A DNA stretch of 64,000 nt. It comes from an uncultured Planctomycetia bacterium. Its GTDB lineage: Bacteria; Omnitrophota; Gorgyraeia; Duberdicusellales; Duberdicusellaceae. The notes below the pieces were generated by a model. The model was not told where the DNA came from. It saw only the letters and a list, made by a program, of their open reading frames with translations, and made no database searches. Positions 1 to 9,734 of the stretch are shown here, in pieces. Location of the stretch: contig CAZWJT010000007.1 in assembly GCA_964634935.1 (NCBI GenBank), forward strand, positions 13,808-77,807. The letters are read 5' to 3'. Every line of letters starts with the position of its first letter. Positions within the stretch are counted from its first letter, which is position 1. The translations under genes and the position numbers were made by a program.

Positions 1-93
1 ATCAATCCAATCGTTGAACTTCATGAGCCTGGAAGTTTGCCGATATCTGAGGGGAAAGCCAAGCGCGTAGTTGATATGCGAAAGAAACTGTGA
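1..93 (+). CDS. 3' end of an upstream CDS (partial), hypothetical protein
   Basis: Open frame 1 runs from the window edge to TGA at 91-93 (…VDMRKKL*). No recognisable motif. Confidence 0.3.
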   Translation: MNPIVELHEPGSLPISEGKAKRVVDMRKKL

Positions 94-138
94 TGATCTG
101 TTTATGGTTGACTTGATACAAGAAACGGGAGGCGGATA

Positions 139-567
139 ATGGTACGACAACTGAATATTTTTATCGAGAATAAACCCGGACGCTTAAAGGCGGTAACGGA
201 AGTTTTGCTTGCTCAGCAGGTAAATATCCGCGCCTTTACCATCCAAGACAGGCGTGATTTTGGGCTGATGAAACTTCTCGTGAATATTCCACAACAAGCA
301 TACCTTGTGCTTGCGGATAAAGGATACGCTTGTGCTTTGAAAGATGTGGTCGCTCTCTCTATCAAAGATAAACCGGGGAATCTGCATAAGCTGCTTTCAC
401 TTCTTGCGCAGCACAACATTAATATTTCAGATACCTATGGATTTGTGCTTGAACCGCAAGCTCAGGGGGTTTGTTGTCTGGAAGTAGACAATCCTCAGGA
501 GCTCGAAATACTTCTGCAAAAAGAAGGATTTACGGTTTTGCAGGAAGAACAGCTGAATACCTTCTGA
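139..567 (+). CDS. ACT-domain protein (two ACT-like repeats)
   Basis: 142 aa with two repeats of the ACT-like pattern (…FIENKPGRL…, …IKDKPGNL…). SD GGGAGG upstream of the ATG. Confidence 0.55.
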   Translation: MVRQLNIFIENKPGRLKAVTEVLLAQQVNIRAFTIQDRRDFGLMKLLVNIPQQAYLVLADKGYACALKDVVALSIKDKPGNLHKLLSLLAQHNINISDTYGFVLEPQAQGVCCLEVDNPQELEILLQKEGFTVLQEEQLNTF

Positions 568-574
568 AGTAAGA

Positions 575-1378
575 ATGATTATCGATATCCATACCCATGC
601 CTGGCCGGAGAAAATTTCAGGAAAAGCCCGCGAGTTTCTCGAATCGTTATTTCATGTTCAAATGGTGGGTGATCCAACGGTAACCACATTGTTGCATGCG
701 ATGGATAAATGTGGTATTGACTTGAGCGTTATCTGCGGTGTTGCTGCTCGACCTGAACAGGTTCCTTCTATCAATAACTGGCTTTTTAGCGTACGCAGTG
801 AGCGCCTGAAGGTTTTTTGCGCGTTACACCCTGCCTATGAAAAGTGGACTGAAGAAATCTCGCGAATAGCAGACCAGGGCGATGGGGTTAAGTTACAGCC
901 GGAGTTTCAGAATTTCTATGTCGATAGTGAAGCTGTATTTCCGCTCTATGAACGACTGGAGCGGGATCAAATTCCTGTTTTATTCCACTGCGGAGAAGAA
1001 TTGTCCGGAACGATGTTGGTTCGTTCTTCACCGGAACGGATACTTGCCGTAAAGGAAAAATTTCCTCACCTGTGTATTATCGCTGCTCATTTCGGCGGAT
1101 TTCGTCTCTGGAAGGATGTAAAAAAATATCTTCTTGGGAAAGATATTTATTTGGATACGTCTTTTTTCTTTCCATATCTTTCCCCGGATGAAATAATCTC
1201 CTTTCTTACTTCGCATCCAGATGATCGGTTACTTTTCGGGACTGATTTTCCGTTAGTTGACCAGAAAGAAGACATACGGTTTCTTGAGAATCTTGATATT
1301 TCTACGTCTCTCCGGAGGAAAATTTTTTCTGAGAACGCTCAAAGACTTCTTGATTTTTCAAAAAAGCGAAAGGCATGA
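575..1378 (+). CDS. Amidohydrolase-family (TIM-barrel metal-dependent hydrolase) protein
   Basis: N-terminal IDIHTH metal-binding motif typical of amidohydrolase-2/TatD-like hydrolases; 267 aa. Confidence 0.6.
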   Translation: MIIDIHTHAWPEKISGKAREFLESLFHVQMVGDPTVTTLLHAMDKCGIDLSVICGVAARPEQVPSINNWLFSVRSERLKVFCALHPAYEKWTEEISRIADQGDGVKLQPEFQNFYVDSEAVFPLYERLERDQIPVLFHCGEELSGTMLVRSSPERILAVKEKFPHLCIIAAHFGGFRLWKDVKKYLLGKDIYLDTSFFFPYLSPDEIISFLTSHPDDRLLFGTDFPLVDQKEDIRFLENLDISTSLRRKIFSENAQRLLDFSKKRKA

Positions 1379-2916
1379 ATAAAAAAGGAGTTGTTCAAAA
1401 ACCAGGATTTGATAACGAGAGGTATTTACGCGAACAGACTGCGGCAATTCTGGAGCGGGTAGCCTTGTTCCACAACAAGCTTTATCTTGAGTTTGGAGGA
1501 AAGCTTTGTTTCGATTATCATGCTGCTCGAGTTCTTCCTGGATATGACCCGAATGTGAAAATCCGCCTCCTTCAAAAACTCAAAGATCAGATTGAGATGG
1601 TTCTTTGTATTTATGCGGGAGATATCGAACGGGGAAGGGTGCGAGGCGATTTTGGTATTACCTATGATCTGGCAACCCTGAAACTCATTGATGATTTGCG
1701 TAGATGGGGGTTGGATGTGGCGGCGGTTGTTATCACGCGATTCCACAATCAGCCGGCGGCAGTTACTTTTAAAAATAAGCTGGAACACAGAGGTGTCCGG
1801 GTGTATCTTCATTACCCCATCGAGGGATATCCTTCGAATCTCGATTTTGTTGTAAGCGCTGACGGGTTTGGTAAGAATGATTATATCAAGACCCAGAAAC
1901 CGATCATAGTTGTTACCGCTCCTGGGCCAAACAGCGGAAAATTGTCGGTTTGCCTTTCGCAGCTTTACCTGGAACATGCCCGGGGAGTTGGCGCTGGATA
2001 TGCCAAGTTTGAAACCTTCCCTATCTGGAACCTTCCTTTGACTCATCCGGTCAATATCGCGTATGAAGCGGCAACCGCGGATATCCAGGATTTTAATCTT
2101 GTCGATCCTTTTCACCTGAAAGCCTACAATACGATCGCGATTAACTATAATCGCGACGTGGAAAGTTTTCCGATACTGAAGTCCATGCTGAATAAGATTC
2201 TCGATACAAGCGGTTCGCTTCCTGCGTATCAGTCGCCCACCGATATGGGGGTAAATCGTGCGGGTTTTGGAATCATTAATGATGAAATAGTCCAGCAGGC
2301 AGCCCGGCAAGAGCTTATTCGAAGGTATTTTCGTTATCATGCTGAATACGTGCTGGGTATTGAACGGAGAGAAACTTTCGATCGGATTGTTTTCCTTATG
2401 GACGAGTTGAACGTCAAGGTCACGGAGCGGGCAGTGGTTGAGGCTGCGCGTACTGCTGCGATTGAAGCTGAGCAAACAGGGAAGGGGAACGAGGGGATTT
2501 ATTGCGGGGCAGCGCTGGCATTAAAAACAGGCGAGATGATTATCGGGAAGAATTCACCGCTTCTGCATGCGGCCTCAAGCTTGATTTTGAATGCGATCAA
2601 GAGACTCGCGAATATCCCGGATGAGATTTTACTGCTTTCCCCGCATATTATTAACCATATTCGCACCCTGAAGAAGGATACGTTTCAGATGGATGCAGTC
2701 AGTCTCGACCTCGAAGAAACCTTAATCGCTCTTTCAATCAGCGCTGCTACGAATCATACCGCGGAAGTAGCTATGGAGAAACTTTCTTATCTGAAAGATT
2801 GTGAAATGCACATGACGCATATTCCTACGCCCGGCGACGAAGTTGGAATTAAGCGGATAGGGATCAATCTGACTACCGACGGAAAATTTTCTTCACAAAA
2901 TTTGTTTATGGCATGA
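1375..2916 (+). CDS. DUF1846/UPF0371-family protein
   Basis: 513 aa. N-terminus …GFDNERYLREQTAAILERV… resembles the conserved start of UPF0371 proteins. Start overlaps the previous stop (ATGA). Confidence 0.45.
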   Translation: MNKKGVVQKPGFDNERYLREQTAAILERVALFHNKLYLEFGGKLCFDYHAARVLPGYDPNVKIRLLQKLKDQIEMVLCIYAGDIERGRVRGDFGITYDLATLKLIDDLRRWGLDVAAVVITRFHNQPAAVTFKNKLEHRGVRVYLHYPIEGYPSNLDFVVSADGFGKNDYIKTQKPIIVVTAPGPNSGKLSVCLSQLYLEHARGVGAGYAKFETFPIWNLPLTHPVNIAYEAATADIQDFNLVDPFHLKAYNTIAINYNRDVESFPILKSMLNKILDTSGSLPAYQSPTDMGVNRAGFGIINDEIVQQAARQELIRRYFRYHAEYVLGIERRETFDRIVFLMDELNVKVTERAVVEAARTAAIEAEQTGKGNEGIYCGAALALKTGEMIIGKNSPLLHAASSLILNAIKRLANIPDEILLLSPHIINHIRTLKKDTFQMDAVSLDLEETLIALSISAATNHTAEVAMEKLSYLKDCEMHMTHIPTPGDEVGIKRIGINLTTDGKFSSQNLFMA

Positions 2917-2947
2917 TGGTGGAACCGAAAGCAAACAGGAGGACGGG

Positions 2948-4345
2948 ATGGCGGTGAGTCTTAAATTTTTAGGCGGCGTACGTACCGTTACCGGATCAAG
3001 CCATCTTGTGAATACCGAGAAATCAAGAATTCTTCTCGACGCAGGAATGTTTCATGGACGCCGCAACGAATTTTATTCGGTGAATACGACGTTTACCTAC
3101 AATCCTTATAAAATTACCGCCTTACTTCTTTCACATGCCCACATCGATCATTGCGGGAATATTCCAAGCGTGATTAAACGAGGATTGAATTGTAAAATCT
3201 ACGGGACTTCTTCAACGAAAGATTTGGCGAAGCTGATGCTGGAAGATTCAGGGAAAATTCAAGAGGAAGATGTCCGCTACGTAAATAAAATTAACCGGCG
3301 TTTGCATCGCCCGCTCCAGCAGCCGCTCTATTCTCAGAAGGAAGCCCAGCGGGCCACCAAAAAATTTCGCCCGCTTTCATACGGGCAGAGATTCTGTGTT
3401 GCTAAGGATGTTTTTGTCACCCTCTATAATGCGGGGCATATTCTTGGTTCGAGCATCATCGTGCTCGATATCCATACGAATAATCGCCGACAGTTACGGC
3501 TTGGTTATGCGGTTGATCTTGGTAGAAGGAATCTTCCTCTTCTGCGCGATCCCGTTGTTCCTGAGCAACTTGATTATTTAATACTTGAAAGCACCTATGG
3601 AGGGAGAATCCGCGCGCCCATTTCCGAGGCGAAAGCAAAACTGCGCGATGCCATTGTGCGTACCGTTGAACGTAAAGGAAAAATTCTTATTCCTTCTTTT
3701 GCTTTGGAGCGAACACAAGAAGTGCTATATTTTCTCAGTGAACTTTTAAGAGAACGATTGATTCCAGGGATTCCTATCTATGTGGACAGTCCTTTAGCTA
3801 CAAACATAACGGAAGTTTTTAAATATCATCTCGGTGATCTTAACGAGGAAATTCATCGCGCCGTCAGAGATGGAAACAGCCCATTTGATTTTCTAAACTT
3901 GCGTTATGTGCAGAGTCAGGAAGAATCAAAAGCGTTAAACAGCGACGATCGACCGATGATTATCATCTCCAGCTCTGGGATGTGTGAATCCGGAAGGATT
4001 TTACACCACCTGCAGAATAATGTTACCGATTCTCGTAATACCATTCTGGTAGTTGGATACATGGCACAGGATACTCTTGGAAAACGGATTGTTGATAAGG
4101 CCCGTTTTATCCGTATTTTCGGCATTGAGCGAGAATTGAATGCCGAAGTAGTTGTGATCAACGCGTTTTCCGCGCATGCCGACCAAGGAGAGCTTGTCGA
4201 TTTTGTGGAACAATGCAAGTCAGTCAAGAAGGTTTTCTTAGTTCATGGGGATTTTGACCAATCAAAAGCACTCGCAGATATTTTGACAGGCAAAGGTTGG
4301 CAGGTTTCTATCCCAGAGAAGAATGAGGAAGTGTTGCTTGTGTAG
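2948..4345 (+). CDS. MBL-fold metallo-hydrolase, beta-CASP family (RNase J/CPSF-like ribonuclease)
   Basis: HAHIDHCG zinc-binding motif (HxHxDH), later conserved His/Asp residues and a C-terminal SAHAD motif typical of beta-CASP; 465 aa. Confidence 0.7.
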   Translation: MAVSLKFLGGVRTVTGSSHLVNTEKSRILLDAGMFHGRRNEFYSVNTTFTYNPYKITALLLSHAHIDHCGNIPSVIKRGLNCKIYGTSSTKDLAKLMLEDSGKIQEEDVRYVNKINRRLHRPLQQPLYSQKEAQRATKKFRPLSYGQRFCVAKDVFVTLYNAGHILGSSIIVLDIHTNNRRQLRLGYAVDLGRRNLPLLRDPVVPEQLDYLILESTYGGRIRAPISEAKAKLRDAIVRTVERKGKILIPSFALERTQEVLYFLSELLRERLIPGIPIYVDSPLATNITEVFKYHLGDLNEEIHRAVRDGNSPFDFLNLRYVQSQEESKALNSDDRPMIIISSSGMCESGRILHHLQNNVTDSRNTILVVGYMAQDTLGKRIVDKARFIRIFGIERELNAEVVVINAFSAHADQGELVDFVEQCKSVKKVFLVHGDFDQSKALADILTGKGWQVSIPEKNEEVLLV

Positions 4346-4350
4346 AGGAG

Positions 4351-4821
4351 TTGTCTACCGGAAAGGATAGTATGCAGTATACGCAAGGTTCTTTAGGCAG
4401 GATTTTTGTGATGCGATTTGAGCCGGGTGAGCTTCTCAACGAAACGATACAGAAATTTGTAGTTACAAAACGCATCAAAACTGGTCTGATGGTTTTTTTA
4501 GGGGCATTGGAGCGGGGCGATCTTGTCTCGGGGCCGAAGAAAGCAGTTGTTCCTCCAGTCCCAAACTGGGTTCATTTCCGAGATGGGTGGGAAGTCATGG
4601 GTATAGCCAGTATCTTTTCTGGCTCTCAGGGTTCTTCGATACATATCCATTCGTCTCTGGGAAAGAACGAGAAAGTTCTTACCGGGTGTATCAGAAAGAA
4701 CGCAAAAGTTTTTATTGTACTTGAAGCTGTGCTTTTTGAGTTGCGGGGTGTATCAGCGCGCAAGGAACTTAATCCAGAGACCGGGCTTACGCTTCTTGAG
4801 ATACTCCGGAGTAAAACATAG
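4351..4821 (+). CDS. PPC/DUF296-domain putative DNA-binding protein
   Basis: 156 aa with a GRIFVMRFEPGE…L…F…G.LERGDL pattern resembling PPC (plants-and-prokaryotes-conserved) domain proteins. Confidence 0.4.
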   Translation: MSTGKDSMQYTQGSLGRIFVMRFEPGELLNETIQKFVVTKRIKTGLMVFLGALERGDLVSGPKKAVVPPVPNWVHFRDGWEVMGIASIFSGSQGSSIHIHSSLGKNEKVLTGCIRKNAKVFIVLEAVLFELRGVSARKELNPETGLTLLEILRSKT

Positions 4822-4827
4822 GGCATT

Positions 4828-5487
4828 GTGCGATACGGCAGACGTTTCTTGCTCCGCTTGTGTTTCGTTGGTTTTTGTGGTTTGCTCGTTGGTGCTGGAG
4901 TTTCGTGGAACGTCCATCGCCGCTCAGAAGTTATTTTTCTTGGCGATAGCCTGACGCGTTCAGGTTGGTGGGATAAACTCATCGCCGGTTCTCTAATCAC
5001 GAATCAAGGTATCAATGGAGATACAACTGAGAAAACCCTTGGGAGAATCGGCACTATTATCCAAAAAAAACCAGAAAAAATTTTTATCATGGTTGGTATC
5101 AATGATCTGTGGCAGCAAATTGATACGCGCGTTTCCTTGGAGTATTACCGGCAGATGCTCGTCGTTCTTCGTGCGAAGCTGCCAAAGACCAAGATTTTTG
5201 TTCAGACGCTTATTCCAATCCATGAGGAACTATTTTCTTCTCGTTATCAAGGAACGCTTTCGAACGAAAAAATATTTTCTTTTAATGAAAAACTCACCCA
5301 CCTCACCCGGGAATTTGATGCCAGCTTAATTGATGTGTGTTCTTTTTTTTTGAAGCATTCACAAACCAAAGGATTGGACCCCCGGCATACAACAGATGGG
5401 ATTCATTTATCCGGGGAAGGGTATAAGCTTTGGAGTGTAATTCTTTCTCAGTGCTTAGCCGGGAAATGCCGGGAGGGATCTCAGTGA
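4828..5487 (+). CDS. SGNH/GDSL-family hydrolase (lipase/esterase)
   Basis: Block I IFLGDSLT, block II GINGDTT, block III GINDL; N-terminal membrane anchor. Probable GTG start. Confidence 0.65.
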   Translation: MRYGRRFLLRLCFVGFCGLLVGAGVSWNVHRRSEVIFLGDSLTRSGWWDKLIAGSLITNQGINGDTTEKTLGRIGTIIQKKPEKIFIMVGINDLWQQIDTRVSLEYYRQMLVVLRAKLPKTKIFVQTLIPIHEELFSSRYQGTLSNEKIFSFNEKLTHLTREFDASLIDVCSFFLKHSQTKGLDPRHTTDGIHLSGEGYKLWSVILSQCLAGKCREGSQ

Positions 5488-5501
5488 AGCGGAGGTGAGT
5501 T

Positions 5502-5990
5502 ATGAACCAGAAAATCTTTTATGTTTTTTTTGGTCTTTTCCTTTTGGTAGGTTTGTTGGTTGCAGCGTGGGGAATACGTTATCTTTATCTTTCGTCAGAA
5601 AGTACCAAGTGGCCATCCTCCGAAGCCGAGATTACCGCTTCAAAGGTAAGTTCGCATCGCAGCAGCAGACGGCAAGGGCGTCATCGAGTAGCAAGTCGCA
5701 CTTATTCGGCAAAAATAAATTATCTCTACTGGGTGCGCGGAGTGGAATATACGGGAAATCGTATTTCATTTGGTGATTATAGTTCCAGCAATAAAAACCA
5801 TGCTCTTTCTCTGGTTGCCCGGTACCCAGTAGGAAAAAAGGTGTTGGCTTACTATCATCCGAAGGATTGCGCGGTTTCTGTGCTCGAGCCGGGATTTCAG
5901 GGGGGAATTTTAATTCCCTTGGGCATTGGCGTGATTTTTGCTTTTGTAGGCGCGGGGGGTATTTTCTACGCGCGTAAAAATTTCCGGTAG
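5502..5990 (+). CDS. Membrane protein, DUF3592-like
   Basis: N-terminal TM helix, then a beta-rich segment (…YSAKINYLYWVRGVEYTGNRI…), and a C-terminal TM helix. Confidence 0.4.
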   Translation: MNQKIFYVFFGLFLLVGLLVAAWGIRYLYLSSESTKWPSSEAEITASKVSSHRSSRRQGRHRVASRTYSAKINYLYWVRGVEYTGNRISFGDYSSSNKNHALSLVARYPVGKKVLAYYHPKDCAVSVLEPGFQGGILIPLGIGVIFAFVGAGGIFYARKNFR

Positions 5991-6000
5991 ACAAAAAGAA

Positions 6001-6028
6001 AAAGGGATAATGCTATCCCTTTTTCTTT
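6001..6028. terminator. Bidirectional rho-independent terminator
   Basis: Hairpin AAAGGGATA-ATGC-TATCCCTTT with T-runs on both strands. Downstream of 5502..5990 (+) and of the small minus-strand ORF 6048..6125. Confidence 0.7.
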
Positions 6029-6047
6029 GAGAATTTTTCATTCCCAC

Positions 6048-6125
6048 TTATCTGCAGCAGGATCTTTTTTTACTCTTCTTTGTTCTTTTTTTTGCTGCTT
6101 TCTTTGCTTTTTTCTTTGTTGCCAT
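6048..6125 (-). CDS. Small, extremely basic peptide (25 aa; MATKKKAKKAAKKRTKKSKKRSCCR)
   Basis: Too short for the ORF track. Strong SD GGGAGGTG 5 nt upstream of the ATG; ends at the bidirectional terminator. Confidence 0.3.
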   Translation of the reverse strand: MATKKKAKKAAKKRTKKSKKRSCCR

Positions 6126-6558
6126 GATTACACCTCCCTTCCTATGAGTTTTTTTATTGGTTTTTCGGTTAGGTCTGTTCTCGGTGATTTGAAGTTTTGA
6201 GGTTCAGGTGCAAGGAGTCGCTCGGTAAGATAACATGGGAAACAAGAAAGAAAAAATATTTTTCCGGGAAGGAAAATTCTATTGTGTTCCTTATCGGCGT
6301 TTAGGAGATTTTGGATTTGAGGGGAGCAGGGGATAATTTGAGAGATGCGTGTGTGTACAAATTTTCTGATTCCAGCAATCTTTTTATTCATTAATAAAAG
6401 TTTAGCATAAAAATACTTTTTAAGGAAGTAAAAAAATAAAATATATAAATATCGATGGAAAGATATTGCAAAAATAAAAGTGGCAGTTACAATTAAGCAG
6501 TATGTTGAGAAGCATGAGTTTCCGGAAAACGAAAACCGCGTAGGGCCAATAAAATTGT

Positions 6559-7116
6559 ATGAAGAAAATTATCCTAAAACCAGTTAATGTAAGCACGAGG
6601 ATTTTTCAGTTTCTTGAGCGGCGTAATCTTATTAGGACTTTGAAACCAACGCAACGAATTATTCAAACGCGGTCACAGCGCGGATGCGTGGATACGATTT
6701 ATACGACAGCCCGGTCGTTTGGTTCGCATAAGCTTATTTGTGTCCGTATGGGGCCTTCGCAGGTATATTTGAATTCTCATCCGGATAATGAAGAATTTTT
6801 ACTGATGAATGCAAGTACAACGGCCTTTAAGCCATTCTTTATTGTTTTTGGTCTCTGTCCCCACAGGCAGCTTGAGGATAAAGTGAGGAAAAACCAGCTT
6901 TCTCAAGAAGATTTTTTGCTGGTGCGTATGCCTTTCAATGATCCGAGGTTTTCGGTATTTTCGCTTTTGAAGGATACTCCGCACTGTGAGGTGACAGCTC
7001 CGGGACGGGGAAATTCGCCAATTTTTTTTGTAGCCGAGCCAAGCAAGCTTCCGATGCGTTATGTTGATTTCCAAGGAAAATATTCTTTCTCTGTTTGCTA
7101 CAACGATCGTGTATGA
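6559..7116 (+). CDS. Hypothetical protein
   Basis: 185-aa ORF after a 430-bp AT-rich intergenic region; no recognisable motif. Stop overlaps the next gene's start. Confidence 0.3.
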   Translation: MKKIILKPVNVSTRIFQFLERRNLIRTLKPTQRIIQTRSQRGCVDTIYTTARSFGSHKLICVRMGPSQVYLNSHPDNEEFLLMNASTTAFKPFFIVFGLCPHRQLEDKVRKNQLSQEDFLLVRMPFNDPRFSVFSLLKDTPHCEVTAPGRGNSPIFFVAEPSKLPMRYVDFQGKYSFSVCYNDRV

Positions 7117-7793
7117 GTCATTCTCAAAATTTCAAGGCAGTCATTTTCGACATGGATGGAGTTTTAGTGGATTCCATGCCGTATCATTTTCTTGCCTGGT
7201 ATGAATCGTTACGTCCTATGGGGGTACGGGTAAATTGTTTTGAAGTATACGCCAAGGAAGGGGAACGCTGGGAGAAGACCCTGAGGTATTTTTTGCGGCG
7301 CGCTCACATGCATCCGGAAAAAGTTCTTTTAGAAAAAATTTTTTCCGAGCGCCAGCGAATTTTTAAGAAATATTTCAAACGTTTTATTTTTCATGATACT
7401 GAGGAATTTCTTGTTTATTGCGCCCGCCGAAATTACCAGCTTGCCTTAGTAACCGGAACTCCGCAGGAAGAGGTGAAAAAAATATTGCCTCAGCGGATTC
7501 GCAGGCTTTTTCGCTGTATCGTGGGTGGAGATGACGTGCGTCTTGGGAAGCCGCATCCCGAACCTTATAAAAAAGCGGCTCGGTTTTTGAACTTAGAACC
7601 GCGTGATTGTCTCGTGATTGAGAACGCACCGTTTGGAATACGCGCCGCCAAAGATGCCGGCATGTTTTGCGTGGCTTTAACCACAAGTTTGCCAAGACAG
7701 TATCTTCAGCATGCAAATGTCGTCGTTGATAATGTTTGGGATGTGTCTCGTTTTCTCAAGGCCCAAGGCGATTCTTCGTTAACCCATGAATAA
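7113..7793 (+). CDS. HAD-superfamily hydrolase (subfamily IA, beta-phosphoglucomutase-like)
   Basis: Motif I FDMDGVLVDS; later …GGDDV…GKP… and ENAPFGI (motif IV-like). Start placed at the in-frame ATG 7113. Confidence 0.7.
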   Translation: MSHSQNFKAVIFDMDGVLVDSMPYHFLAWYESLRPMGVRVNCFEVYAKEGERWEKTLRYFLRRAHMHPEKVLLEKIFSERQRIFKKYFKRFIFHDTEEFLVYCARRNYQLALVTGTPQEEVKKILPQRIRRLFRCIVGGDDVRLGKPHPEPYKKAARFLNLEPRDCLVIENAPFGIRAAKDAGMFCVALTTSLPRQYLQHANVVVDNVWDVSRFLKAQGDSSLTHE

Positions 7794-9090
7794 GAAGTTT
7801 TTCCATTCGCAGTTTGCCGTGCTCTTCCGCGCTTTTTCTTACCGTAACTACCGTCTTTTTTTCTTTGGGCAAAGCATTTCGCTTATTGGCACATGGATGC
7901 AAAATGTTGGAATGGGTTGGCTTGTGTACCGGATGACCCAATCGGCTTTCCTTCTGGGTATGGTGAGTTTTTTAAGCCAGATTCCGGTCTTTTTTCTGGC
8001 GCCTTTTGCCGGAGTACTTGCTGATCGGAAACGGCGGAAGAATATCCTTATCGTTACACAAGTTCTTTCAATGATTCAAGCCTCAGTCCTCGCATTCTTA
8101 GTGATGAGTCATCGCATAGCCGTGCCGCATATTCTACTTCTCAGCGTGTTCTTAGGCATTGTAAACGCTTTTGATGTTCCTGCCCGGCAGGCTTTCGTGT
8201 TTGAGCTCATCTCAGATAAGAATGATTTTAGCAATGCGATTGCTTTGAATTCGTTGATGTTCAATCTCGCGCGTTTCATGGGGCCGCTGATTGCCGGAAT
8301 GCTTATCGCGCTCTGGGGGGAAGGTGTTTGTTTTCTGATGAACGGGATTAGTTACTACGCGGTATTGTGGGCTCTTGGGCAGATGGTTGTTGTCTCGCGA
8401 GAAACGCCTCTGCAAAAGCAGCATCCATTGCAGGAGTTACGAGAAGGGTTTTCTTATGTTTGGCATTTTCCGCAAATTCGATCATTGTTGAGCTTAGTAA
8501 GTTTAATCAGCCTGGTTGGTGTTCCCTATGCGGTGCTTATGCCAATTTTTACCAGAGAGATTCTTCATGGAGGACCGCGCACCCTTGGTTTACTTATGTC
8601 TGGTGTAGGAATCGGGGCTCTCTGTGGAGCGATTTATCTGGCCTCTTGCCGTGATTTAATACGTTTTGGGCGGAATATTATTTACGCTGCTTTTATTTTT
8701 GGTTTTGGTGTTTTTTTGCTTTCTTTTATGAAAACGACAGTTTTATCTGTTTTTGTTTTAGCAGCGGTAGGTTTTGGAATCATGGTATGTCTGGCTTCTT
8801 CAAACACGCTCTTACAGACATTGGTGGATGATGATAAGCGTGGCCGGGTGATGAGTTTTTATGCTCTTGCATTTGTCGGGACTGCGCCACTCGGAAGTTT
8901 TGTCATCGGCAGCGTAGCATCTTCTTTGGGTATCGCTCATACGCTCATGCTTGGTGGTTTTTTCTCAATGACAGTCGCGATTTTATTTAGCAAGAAGATT
9001 TCAAGTATTTCTGCAGTCAGGTTGTCTCCCGAAAAAGAATTCGTACCGCAAGATTTGCCCGCAGAAGCTCTTTTCACTGACGCAGGATAG
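7786..9090 (+). CDS. MFS transporter
   Basis: 434 aa with about 12 predicted TM helices; MFS-like motif …PFAGVLADRKRRKNIL… between TM2 and TM3. Confidence 0.75.
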   Translation: MNKKFFHSQFAVLFRAFSYRNYRLFFFGQSISLIGTWMQNVGMGWLVYRMTQSAFLLGMVSFLSQIPVFFLAPFAGVLADRKRRKNILIVTQVLSMIQASVLAFLVMSHRIAVPHILLLSVFLGIVNAFDVPARQAFVFELISDKNDFSNAIALNSLMFNLARFMGPLIAGMLIALWGEGVCFLMNGISYYAVLWALGQMVVVSRETPLQKQHPLQELREGFSYVWHFPQIRSLLSLVSLISLVGVPYAVLMPIFTREILHGGPRTLGLLMSGVGIGALCGAIYLASCRDLIRFGRNIIYAAFIFGFGVFLLSFMKTTVLSVFVLAAVGFGIMVCLASSNTLLQTLVDDDKRGRVMSFYALAFVGTAPLGSFVIGSVASSLGIAHTLMLGGFFSMTVAILFSKKISSISAVRLSPEKEFVPQDLPAEALFTDAG

Positions 9091-9164
9091 AGCACTGTGT
9101 TCTTGACAATGGACGATTTCTTCTTTATAGTACCCTAAGGAGCATCTGGAACGAAAAGAGGTAT

Positions 9165-9734
9165 ATGAAAAAAACCATTTTGAGTCTTATCGGCCTATGT
9201 GTTTTTCCCTGCATTATTTCTTCGGTTTTTGCTGCGGAACGTTCTCAGCGGATACTTCTTTTGATTGCTGAACAGAATATTGAGAGTCCTCAGACTGCTT
9301 GGTGGGCTAGTGAAGTTGATTTATCGGTGGTTGAACAAGTTTTGGCTCAGAAGTTTCTTGAAAAAGGCTATCAGGTAGTTGAGCCCAATACGCTGCGCGA
9401 TTTCATTGTGCAGAAACCGGCGTTTCGGGCGCTTGAGCTTTCCGAAAATATATCTTTAGACATGGCGCATACCGCGTCCGCCGATTATATTCTTTTAGGT
9501 AAAGCCGTAGCTTCTGGAGGCGCACCTGTTCCTCATTCTTCGATGGGATCTTATTTTGGGAATATCAGTGTTAAGCTCATCAAGGTCGCAGATGGAACTA
9601 TGATCGGGCATTTTGAAGGGGGTGGAAATTCTGCGCATCTTGATGCGGTAACCGGCGGGAAAGAAGCGTTAACGCGCGCGAGTGAAGCGCTTGCTCAGAA
9701 GGTTTTTCTGGCCTTGGAAAAAGGAGGAAAATAA
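9165..9734 (+). CDS. Secreted hypothetical protein (CsgG-operon partner)
   Basis: Signal peptide; 189 aa. Sits immediately upstream of the CsgG-like gene with 0-nt spacing. Confidence 0.4.
   Translation: MKKTILSLIGLCVFPCIISSVFAAERSQRILLLIAEQNIESPQTAWWASEVDLSVVEQVLAQKFLEKGYQVVEPNTLRDFIVQKPAFRALELSENISLDMAHTASADYILLGKAVASGGAPVPHSSMGSYFGNISVKLIKVADGTMIGHFEGGGNSAHLDAVTGGKEALTRASEALAQKVFLALEKGGK

Noticed and set aside
1426-2475. 349-aa minus-strand ORF inside the DUF1846 gene
   Set aside because: It lies entirely antisense to a longer, better-supported plus-strand CDS and is a shadow ORF with no motif.
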